64,000 nt of DNA from a virus (taxonomy: Duplodnaviria > Caudoviricetes), in the IMG/VR virus record IMGVR_UViG_3300015214_000001, positions 32,001-96,000 of that record; one strand, 5' to 3'. Under the pieces are notes generated by a model. The model was not told the DNA's origin. It did no database searches and worked only from the letters and a program-made list of their open reading frames with translations. How positions within the stretch are numbered: the stretch's first letter is position 1; each line of letters begins with the position of its first letter. Below, piece after piece: positions 19,720-27,275 of this stretch. Position numbers and translations under genes: made by a program.

Positions 19720-20169
19720 TCAAATACGTTGCCAGTTCCACAAGCCTTGTTTTCCGATAACTTGTATCGGTGTATCTAACTGCTCAATCAATCTCATCTT
19801 CCAACCGAAACGCCCTTCTGACCAATCCCCCACTGCTAACTCAATTTCTTGTTGGCGCGGGGTATAAAATTGATGTGCAGTTGCTTTATAGGCTTCTGAT
19901 GGGATCACATCTTCTAAATAGCAAATACTGATAATCGCGCCTAATACTGGTTGCTCAATATCAATCAAGCTATTTAGCTCTGGATAACGGCTCAGTAAGC
20001 TAATACTAGTATGCTTTAAGCGATTATCCCATCGTTTAGCAGCATGAATAGCAATTAGTCCACGATAATTAGTTGACCAACCGCGAGTCTCAAATGTCTT
20101 GCTATGACCAATAAAACTTGCCCATGGTTGCCAGACTGTTAATGCTTTAACCGTTTCCATTGATCCCAC
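19720..20169 (-). CDS. ASCH-domain protein
   Basis: KALTVWQPWAS...KTFETRGWSTNYRGLIAIHA...GKQGLW. Confidence 0.9.
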   Translation of the reverse strand: MGSMETVKALTVWQPWASFIGHSKTFETRGWSTNYRGLIAIHAAKRWDNRLKHTSISLLSRYPELNSLIDIEQPVLGAIISICYLEDVIPSEAYKATAHQFYTPRQQEIELAVGDWSEGRFGWKMRLIEQLDTPIQVIGKQGLWNWQRI

Positions 20170-20974
20170 TTGACCTTTCTTCTATTAACTTACTTAATAT
20201 ATGTTGCCAACCTCTAATCAAAGAGACTTCTGAGTGGTTTGCTTGCTTTGCAGGCGATATTATCTCGACTATATTAGTAGATGCACATCCGATAGCTACA
20301 CCAATCCCTTTAGACGAAAACTTATCAAGATTGCGTTCTATTGGCTTCACATGGTACTTATCCATGACCACATAAGAATAATTACTAAAAAGTGTATTTA
20401 TATGAGCTTGATATAATACCTTTTTCCAATTTGATAATTTCGCTTCTATGGCCGTGACGTGTCTAACTATCTTACTCAGGTTTGTGACTGTCAGTGTCAT
20501 GCCTTCAAAAGTAGATGCTTTATCAAATGGTCTATTATCATTTACCCTTAAGTAACCAGCCTGAACCATCTTATATAGCCCTTGTCGATATTGTTTGGTG
20601 ATGACATTAGATGAATATTGTTTCTTATCATGGTATTTCTTTTGCATAATAGACATATCATCATAATACTTGCGCCAATGAGAAACGCCAGCATTGATAA
20701 GTTCATCACAATCTATATGTGTATGATTTAGAATTGATGCGAAGAATTCCCACCATATCCCGCGCTCCAATATTACACCATTATCTTGTGATGGCAAATC
20801 ATATAATAAATTCGTGTTAATAACACCTGCTACCAGGTCAGCTATGCCTGATCTAACTTGCAATTCTGGATAGCATACTACTTCTTCATGAGGTTCAATC
20901 GGCGGAAGGAATAAGCCGATGTTGTCTTTAGTGAGTGCGACAAGATCGGCTTCCCACCTAAACTTAACGCGCAT
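20147..20974 (-). CDS. PD-(D/E)XK nuclease-like protein
   Basis: PE...GIADLV...AIEAKLSNWKKVLYQA...YSYVV...GIGV. Confidence 0.65.
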   Translation of the reverse strand: MRVKFRWEADLVALTKDNIGLFLPPIEPHEEVVCYPELQVRSGIADLVAGVINTNLLYDLPSQDNGVILERGIWWEFFASILNHTHIDCDELINAGVSHWRKYYDDMSIMQKKYHDKKQYSSNVITKQYRQGLYKMVQAGYLRVNDNRPFDKASTFEGMTLTVTNLSKIVRHVTAIEAKLSNWKKVLYQAHINTLFSNYSYVVMDKYHVKPIERNLDKFSSKGIGVAIGCASTNIVEIISPAKQANHSEVSLIRGWQHILSKLIEERSSGINGNG

Positions 20975-21611
20975 TACTATAAGCCTCTAAAGCAACGCGA
21001 GATGGCTGAGGTTGCTTTTTGCTGGTGATAACTCTATCTACTTGAAATTGCGGATAGCTATCTAATGTTTTCAGCAATCCCGATACCATCGCTTCATCTG
21101 GTCGTGACAAAATAACAGTCCACTGCTCGGATACTGGCGTGTAAAACAAGTGCAGTCCAGTGGTTTGTTGATAATCAACATAAATACTAATGCGATAACT
21201 ATAATTTAAGATTTCAATATCAAGTGGTGCATAAGCATCATCTTCTATTTGGCTAGGGAAATATTCGCCTAACAAAAAACCCCAACGTTGCTTTGAGTGT
21301 GGAAGAACAACAGTTACTGTGTCTTGCTCACTCAAGACTTTCTGCATCCAATACCTGCGCCCTAACCATGTACTAGCGATACTGCCATCATCGCGTTTAT
21401 GTGAGATATGTTTAACTGTGTTAATAAAATCCCACCGCAAACGGCTAAGAACACCCAGTTTACTTGCATCTGACCAATTAATGAGTAGCTTTTCTACCAA
21501 CTCATCATTAACACCTTCACTGCCTAGCCGAATAATACTTAACTCACCATAACGCCACCGATTAAATCTATTGAGGATTGCTTTCATTAGCAATGTCTCC
21601 TTCCATTTCAT
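20964..21611 (-). CDS. hypothetical protein
   Basis: about 207-215-aa ORF in operon. Confidence 0.65.
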   Translation of the reverse strand: MKWKETLLMKAILNRFNRWRYGELSIIRLGSEGVNDELVEKLLINWSDASKLGVLSRLRWDFINTVKHISHKRDDGSIASTWLGRRYWMQKVLSEQDTVTVVLPHSKQRWGFLLGEYFPSQIEDDAYAPLDIEILNYSYRISIYVDYQQTTGLHLFYTPVSEQWTVILSRPDEAMVSGLLKTLDSYPQFQVDRVITSKKQPQPSRVALEAYSNAR

Positions 21612-22260
21612 AGAGTGTCAAGATTACTTTCTTAAATAGTTTCACACCAAACTCTCCGCCGACTTCATCAGTTATGACGATGCGCTGTCCATTGTCTTTA
21701 ATTATAAAATCAGGGTAAAAGTTGCCGTGTTCATCAAGTCCATACCTTCGTTGCAACTTAAAATATCGTTGATTGATGGTGTTATGAAATGCAAATGTCA
21801 CAATGGAATTCCGATCAACAATCTTATCGGTAGGATTAAATAATTCTTGGGTAATAGACAAATTCCACCCTGCATCAGCTAAACGACACATCGTGTCAAA
21901 ACTATAACGTTGACGTGAGACCGATGTAAATAACGATAAAACCGAAAGAAAATAATCACGTTCGATACTATTAATGATAGCTTCTACTTCTAGCGGGTTG
22001 TTCTTATAATCTACATCAACCAGTGGTGTTCTGTCGTCTCGCGTTACGCCGTCAAATGATATGGAATCGCCGTTCACAGTTAAAATGATAGTTTCATTAC
22101 GATATATGTCATTTGGAGAATGAGGCTTATAATGCCTGATAGAAATATCACAGCTGTTAACTGCCACCTCAGTGGATCGAGAAAATAGCTTTAATAATGC
22201 AGGCCGATCCACTGATACTTTATTTAAAGCGTCAATTACTAATTGGCTATTCTTGTTCAT
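21568..22260 (-). CDS. hypothetical protein
   Basis: 230-aa ORF in operon. Confidence 0.7.
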   Translation of the reverse strand: MNKNSQLVIDALNKVSVDRPALLKLFSRSTEVAVNSCDISIRHYKPHSPNDIYRNETIILTVNGDSISFDGVTRDDRTPLVDVDYKNNPLEVEAIINSIERDYFLSVLSLFTSVSRQRYSFDTMCRLADAGWNLSITQELFNPTDKIVDRNSIVTFAFHNTINQRYFKLQRRYGLDEHGNFYPDFIIKDNGQRIVITDEVGGEFGVKLFKKVILTLYEMEGDIANESNPQ

Positions 22261-22939
22261 TTAATCCATCACTCCAACCTGCCAAATACATGGCAACATC
22301 AAGCGCATTATACTCTTTTGCTCCACCAGTCCAGATGTTATAATCTAGCTTGACTTCATTAAATAGATAGCTATTAACTCTGATGTCGCTTCCATCCTTT
22401 AATATTACAACTTGCCTACTAGACATCGACAATTCATGACGGATTGCCGCGTCTCGTTCTTCTGATCCTGGAATAAATTTAACTCCCCAACTCAAGCGCA
22501 TATAAGGGCTTGACCATTCAGAGAACCGCATCATTGAGCCAAAAATATCATTAACCACAGTTCGTAATTGTGTCAAAATCACAACGGTGGGGTCAACTAA
22601 CAATGCAAATAGTTGCCGTTCTGTCAGGTCTGTGTAAACATCCTTCTGGGAGATGTAAACATCGTCATGTTCCCATGTCGCTTCAAATTGCAAATGGACT
22701 TCATCTTTCATAACTGTAATTTCGTATTTTGGCCTCCAGTTGTAAAATGGAATCAACACCACAACTGCATCTTTCCCATCTACCTGTCTCAAGGAGAAGA
22801 AATCGTCATTCGGACATGCTATGTTCTCGTATGATGTTTTTCCAGCTACCCAGTCACAGATTGACTGAGCTTCCTCCTCAGTTAGCAAGTCGGCATTTAG
22901 CCACTTGTGATAATCAATGCTATCTTCTGGTTTTTTCAC
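22247..22939 (-). CDS. hypothetical protein
   Basis: 230-aa ORF, GTG start with aagga RBS. Confidence 0.7.
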   Translation of the reverse strand: MKKPEDSIDYHKWLNADLLTEEEAQSICDWVAGKTSYENIACPNDDFFSLRQVDGKDAVVVLIPFYNWRPKYEITVMKDEVHLQFEATWEHDDVYISQKDVYTDLTERQLFALLVDPTVVILTQLRTVVNDIFGSMMRFSEWSSPYMRLSWGVKFIPGSEERDAAIRHELSMSSRQVVILKDGSDIRVNSYLFNEVKLDYNIWTGGAKEYNALDVAMYLAGWSDGLNEQE

Positions 22940-23056
22940 AACTATTCCTTTCTATCTTTTAGAGCCATGATACATGGAGATTGTTTTGTTTGCAAGAATG
23001 AATATATAACGTGAAGGAGAATAGTTTTAATTCCCTCGAAATCGAGGGAATTGAGA

Positions 23057-23677
23057 CTAACTCAAGATGTCATCTAGCGCTTGTAAAGTCATAACAAATG
23101 GTGGAATACTGCTATCCGTTATGGTTATAGTCGGACTGTTCATTACTAAGGTAAACGAGCCTTGCTTGTCTACTGATACACAGAAACTGCGCTCATCCAG
23201 TGTGTTTTGGAATTTGACAGACATCCCCTGTATATCGGCAATCGCCGTTACTGCAATGCCTTTATCGAATAATTTATGGATCAAAAGACCATAATCATAA
23301 AGATCATGCGATAATTCATATCCATCGCTGATGACAATAAGCAATGCTTTAAAATAAGGCTGATTAACATGCTTGAATATGGTATCAATCGAAACTTCAT
23401 CAACAACATCAAACTGCGCCACGCCTGAATGATGAATGCACATTTTCACTGTGTCATAGTTAACCCAAAAGTTAAACGAGTCGTGCATAGTAAAAATGGT
23501 GAATTGGTGTGTATAATTATTCCATGACTGTTTGTGACATTCTATGCTGGAATACTGGGATAACATCCCTTCTGGGTTTGTTAAGTCAGGGCTGGTAATT
23601 AACCCATCGGCCAGCAGTTTTAATTGTGCGATTGGTTCAAGTGAATTGATTTCATCTTGAGAAATATTTTTACTCAT
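23057..23677 (-). CDS. hypothetical protein
   Basis: 206-aa ORF, aaggag RBS. Confidence 0.7.
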   Translation of the reverse strand: MSKNISQDEINSLEPIAQLKLLADGLITSPDLTNPEGMLSQYSSIECHKQSWNNYTHQFTIFTMHDSFNFWVNYDTVKMCIHHSGVAQFDVVDEVSIDTIFKHVNQPYFKALLIVISDGYELSHDLYDYGLLIHKLFDKGIAVTAIADIQGMSVKFQNTLDERSFCVSVDKQGSFTLVMNSPTITITDSSIPPFVMTLQALDDILS

Positions 23678-23982
23678 AAAACACTCCTTAATGTTAGATC
23701 ATTCTTGATTTCGATAACAAATTGTAAATCCTTATCTGGATATACCACAAAGGTAATATTTTCTTCTGTGGTATATAGTGTATTAATTCCACCGATAAAA
23801 TCTACTAATTTAGTGACATTCTCAATATAACGCTCTTTTAATTCTGCTATATATGCCTCTAAAGATGAGATGTCATCCTGTTTATCAAATGAGAGATGGT
23901 TAATTACTATTTCGCATTCTGTCATCTCATTTTGAAGCAATAACAAAAAGTGCATATAATCTTTGACTGATATTAGCGTCAT
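23674..23982 (-). CDS. hypothetical protein
   Basis: 102-aa ORF, ATGA overlap with the next gene. Confidence 0.65.
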   Translation of the reverse strand: MTLISVKDYMHFLLLLQNEMTECEIVINHLSFDKQDDISSLEAYIAELKERYIENVTKLVDFIGGINTLYTTEENITFVVYPDKDLQFVIEIKNDLTLRSVL

Positions 23983-23994
23983 GGCATTTTCCTT

Positions 23995-24771
23995 TTAAAC
24001 CGCTAGATTTGGAAAATCTTCACGCCATTGATCTGTTTGCCACTTCAAGTTTCCTTTGAAGAAAACATGAACACCTTGCTTGTCAAATAACGACAATAGA
24101 CCGCTAACCCATTCTGGCTCAGGTTGGAAGATGCGATTGCCGTTTGTTGCAGCGCCGATAACTGCCCAATTTAACGCATGGTTATATTCTGCGATTAATG
24201 GTGCAATATCAAACGACAAAGGTTCAATAGACATCCACGTAATGTTATTCGGAAACTCACTTAGCACCTTCATCTGACGATGCACCATGCGTTCTTGCTG
24301 ATTGTGTGTCAGTGGTTTACCAAACATTTGAGATGGGGGTGCGCTAACACCTACCCATAAATTAGGCAGACTACTAATTTCATCTTTGAATTCAAGCAAT
24401 CTAGGTGCATTTTTCGTCAGCAATTGGAAGCTGTGCCAATGCGCTTCACGAACCACACTTAACACCTGCATAATCTCGTCGGCAGATACCCAAGCGCCCA
24501 TTAAGTCACTCATACTATCTAAAAAGATACGCGAGGGTTGTTTTTGTTTTAACGGTTCGTTCAAACGGTCTGGATGCCAATAATGATGCTCAAACCCGTT
24601 GGGGTAAAACTTAGGTGATTTCATGCGATCCGCAATTGTTTCAGCATAGCAAATCGCAGTTGTTCCATCAGGCATTTCCCATCGACAGCCGTGCTGACAA
24701 CCGCCGACTGGATTCCATGTAAAATCAGTCCATTCAATCCCTCTTGATTTTCCATTCTTTTGTTTATTCAT
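23995..24771 (-). CDS. DUF5131 (phage Gp37/Gp68) family radical-SAM-like protein
   Basis: IEWTDFTWNPVGGCQHGC...CYAE, IFLDSMSDL, FQLLTKN, NLWVGVS, SIEPL, WAVIGA, FFKGNL. Confidence 0.9.
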   Translation of the reverse strand: MNKQKNGKSRGIEWTDFTWNPVGGCQHGCRWEMPDGTTAICYAETIADRMKSPKFYPNGFEHHYWHPDRLNEPLKQKQPSRIFLDSMSDLMGAWVSADEIMQVLSVVREAHWHSFQLLTKNAPRLLEFKDEISSLPNLWVGVSAPPSQMFGKPLTHNQQERMVHRQMKVLSEFPNNITWMSIEPLSFDIAPLIAEYNHALNWAVIGAATNGNRIFQPEPEWVSGLLSLFDKQGVHVFFKGNLKWQTDQWREDFPNLAV

Positions 24772-24782
24772 GTTATGCCTTT

Positions 24783-25082
24783 CTATATGAAAAAGTAGTT
24801 TAACTGGTATAGTGCGCTATTAGCGAGGCGTTCAGCTTCATTAGCGCTGTTAGTCGGATTAGACTTATAGATAATATGATCTTCTACTTGAGGAGTTAGT
24901 TCCCATAAAATATCGCTTACCCACACTCGACTAACCCACTTTACCTTGTTACGCCTAACGATCTCACTAGCGATGCTAATGTGGATAAACTGGCCTGAAT
25001 GCTCGATCTTTTTTGCTTTTACTTGCGCTTCTGGTGTATTACAATATGTAATCCAACTCATACTACCCTTCTTTCTTCCCAT
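24783..25082 (-). CDS. hypothetical protein
   Basis: about 92-99-aa ORF in operon. Confidence 0.55.
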   Translation of the reverse strand: MGRKKGSMSWITYCNTPEAQVKAKKIEHSGQFIHISIASEIVRRNKVKWVSRVWVSDILWELTPQVEDHIIYKSNPTNSANEAERLANSALYQLNYFFI

Positions 25083-25338
25083 GAAAAATTATTTTTGCCA
25101 ATCCTGCATTGATAATTTCTTTCATTGCATCAATAGCTTCTTGTTCAGTAAGATAATTATCCGTATCAGCAATTCTAATACATTGATCCCATGCTATAAT
25201 GTCAAGCGATGCGAAATATTCTTTACTTCTATAAGTTTCTTGAGCATATAAGAGTAAAAGTAAGTCATCACCTAATTCACAATATAGTTTAATTAGGCCG
25301 TCATCAGTTTTTCCTTCAATCCATTTGCTATTCTGCAT
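25063..25338 (-). CDS. hypothetical protein
   Basis: 91-aa ORF in operon. Confidence 0.6.
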   Translation of the reverse strand: MQNSKWIEGKTDDGLIKLYCELGDDLLLLLYAQETYRSKEYFASLDIIAWDQCIRIADTDNYLTEQEAIDAMKEIINAGLAKIIFHGKKEG

Positions 25339-25347
25339 AATTCGCCC

Positions 25348-25605
25348 TTACTTCTTTTTTCGCCATGAATAAGCGAAAATAACATCATCACCTGATATTC
25401 TATATTCAATACCTGAATCTAGCAATGCTAACTTTACAACAGTGTCTTTGGGGTCTGGCATATCGGGGTAATATTCATCTAAGAAGGCGACATAGAACGC
25501 TAACACCATTTCAGTATTCATCCACCAATTCAATGGCATATGATGTTCTATGAATTCTTTTAATAATGCTTTGTGCGTTGTTTTATAAACTTTCTTATAT
25601 CCCAC
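25348..25605 (-). CDS. hypothetical protein
   Basis: 85-aa ORF, GTG start. Confidence 0.6.
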   Translation of the reverse strand: MGYKKVYKTTHKALLKEFIEHHMPLNWWMNTEMVLAFYVAFLDEYYPDMPDPKDTVVKLALLDSGIEYRISGDDVIFAYSWRKKK

Positions 25606-25614
25606 CTCAGCGCC

Positions 25615-26118
25615 TCATATTCCTATTAAACGTATAAGGATAAACTCAACTAACATTTTGGGACTAAACAAAAACCACTCAAGATGATAACGCAATCCAG
25701 CGTAGTGGTCATGAAAAACGCGCTCACCATGCACTTCATCTGGAACTTTAACATTCCACCAAACAAAAATCCCGAATGGTGCGGCAGTACGATGGCTACG
25801 TAGGCGGCTATTTTGATCTGCGCTTCTGCCAATCTTAACCACTGGTAAAATAATGCCTATATCTGAAAAAGCATATATATATCCACCACCACGAACGCGA
25901 TTAATACGCCGTGATTTATTTTTATTGCCATGTCTTGACTTAAAGTGCATTTTATACTTTAGGCGCGTATATCCATATACACCCCATAAGACACAAAAAC
26001 ACAACCACAACAAAAGAAGATGTTTTGTTACATCCCAGTTATTGGTCATCATATAAACGATACACCATGAGATCGGATATATAGAGTAACTGATTACAGA
26101 TTTTAGTATTAAACCCAT
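25615..26118 (-). CDS. membrane-anchored GIY-YIG (T5orf172/MUG113-like) protein
   Basis: two N-terminal hydrophobic helices; GYIY...VKIGRS...RL...ERVFH...EWF. Confidence 0.7.
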   Translation of the reverse strand: MGLILKSVISYSIYPISWCIVYMMTNNWDVTKHLLLLWLCFCVLWGVYGYTRLKYKMHFKSRHGNKNKSRRINRVRGGGYIYAFSDIGIILPVVKIGRSADQNSRLRSHRTAAPFGIFVWWNVKVPDEVHGERVFHDHYAGLRYHLEWFLFSPKMLVEFILIRLIGI

Positions 26119-26148
26119 TTATATACCATACCTAATTTTAGAAAACAA

Positions 26149-26170
26149 AAAACGTGGAAGTCCACGTTTT
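26149..26170. repeat. dispersed palindrome, copy 3 (probable terminator of the tRNA-like RNA unit)
   Basis: aaaacgtggaagtccacgtttt; on the minus strand it is followed by a T run. Confidence 0.85.
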
Positions 26171-26184
26171 AAAAAAGTGTTATG

Positions 26185-26261
26185 TGGAAGTGTGCGGACT
26201 CGAACCGCAGTACAACGCCTATCTCTTTACAAATAAACGCTGGCAATGCCATATCACTCCC
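26185..26261 (-). ncRNA. tmRNA-TLD-like / D-armless Ala-identity tRNA-like RNA, downstream copy (77 nt)
   Basis: GGGAGUG/CACUUCC acceptor stem with G3-U70 and A73; linker AUAUGGCAUUG; hairpin CAGCGUUUAU/AUAGGCGUUG topped by UUU-GUAA-AGA; T-arm UGCGG-UUCGAGU-CCGCA. Confidence 0.8.
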
Positions 26262-26286
26262 ATTTAATAATAATAGTTCTAATAAG

Positions 26287-26365
26287 TGGAGGTGCAGAGG
26301 ATCGAACTCTGATGTAACGCAGTCCCTTGCAGGCTTTAATGCGTTGCACACGCCATATCACCCCC
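26287..26365 (-). ncRNA. tmRNA-TLD-like / D-armless Ala-identity tRNA-like RNA, upstream copy (79 nt)
   Basis: GGGGGUG/CACCUCC acceptor stem with G3-U70 and A73; linker AUAUGGCGUG; hairpin UGCAACGCA/UGCGUUACA topped by CCU-GCAA-GGG; T-arm CAGAG-UUCGAUC-CUCUG. Confidence 0.8.
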
Positions 26366-26377
26366 TCATTAGAACTC

Positions 26378-26406
26378 ATGATAGCATTTGAGCTTATCGC
26401 TGTCAA
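26378..26406 (-). promoter_or_regulatory. sigma70-type promoter for the tRNA-like RNA pair
   Basis: minus strand TTGACA(26406-26401), 17 bp, TATCAT(26383-26378); predicted TSS about 6 nt before G1 at 26365. Confidence 0.8.
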
Positions 26407-26413
26407 GTATGAG

Positions 26414-26929
26414 TTATAGCAATTCGTCAGGCAAAAGATTGGCATCCAAATTGAAAGTTGTTTCAGGTTCTTCTAAATCGGCAACAAGTCGTCCCCATCG
26501 ACTATCAACCTGTGAAAGTGATTGAATGGCAAAGAATAAAGCGATATACGCTTCTTTGTATTTTTCGCCATCGCGCATCGAATAACCTTTAACATCCTTG
26601 ACCATTTGGTAAAGCTCAACGAGATAATAAAGCACTTCATTTAAAGCAACTTTACTCTCATCTGTTTTGCTAATACATGATCGAGTCAAAATAAGTAAAC
26701 TCTTGACGTTAGATGTGAGAATAACATTACTTTGAGAGACCTTAGTCGTTATGTCGTTGAATTGGCTAATCAATTGCGCGATAGGATGTTCATGTAGATT
26801 ATCATAAGGCGCTTTGAATGATTTAATCGGCAATGTTTTCTCGGCCTTTAAATCTATGATCTTTTTTATTGTGCCTTGCTTTAAACGATTATATAATTTT
26901 CCCTTTTTACTCGACATCACTCTTACCAT
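26414..26929 (-). CDS. hypothetical protein
   Basis: 171-aa ORF. Confidence 0.65.
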   Translation of the reverse strand: MVRVMSSKKGKLYNRLKQGTIKKIIDLKAEKTLPIKSFKAPYDNLHEHPIAQLISQFNDITTKVSQSNVILTSNVKSLLILTRSCISKTDESKVALNEVLYYLVELYQMVKDVKGYSMRDGEKYKEAYIALFFAIQSLSQVDSRWGRLVADLEEPETTFNLDANLLPDELL

Positions 26930-27206
26930 CGCTATTTATTTTAGAAACAATTTCTTTAATTTCCGACATGGTTTCTTCAACAGATTGATTGTTTTTATGT
27001 GCCAAGTAAGCGATTATTGCCTCATTGACATCCAATAGCAATTGGACATCATTTACGAGGTTGTTAATAACAACATTGAGATCAACTGATTCGCTATCCT
27101 CATCAGAATTAGCGATTGATAATAATGCCAATTCTGCCTGCGTAGGGGTCTTTTCTCTAGCGTCACCACTAGTAGGTAGATTGATCTTTCGCATAACCCG
27201 TGTCAT
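26907..27206 (-). CDS. hypothetical protein
   Basis: 99-aa ORF, aaggtgg RBS. Confidence 0.6.
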   Translation of the reverse strand: MTRVMRKINLPTSGDAREKTPTQAELALLSIANSDEDSESVDLNVVINNLVNDVQLLLDVNEAIIAYLAHKNNQSVEETMSEIKEIVSKINSDGKSDVE

Positions 27207-27275
27207 ATATTCCCACCTTTAATAAAAACACATCTATAGATAGGTATATTTTAACACGGGTTGTACAGCGTTATT

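Noticed and set aside
26185-26365. Canonical tRNA-Ala genes, or a full or two-piece tmRNA
   Set aside because: There is no D-stem or 7-nt anticodon loop (the TGC in the upstream copy is part of a CCU-GCAA-GGG tetraloop and is absent in the other copy). Each unit pairs with itself, cross-pairing gives a mismatch at position 4, and there is no tag ORF or pseudoknot region.
26169-26445. Three short ORFs (60-69 aa) in the ORF track
   Set aside because: They overlap the structured RNAs and their promoter and lack a convincing RBS; probably spurious.
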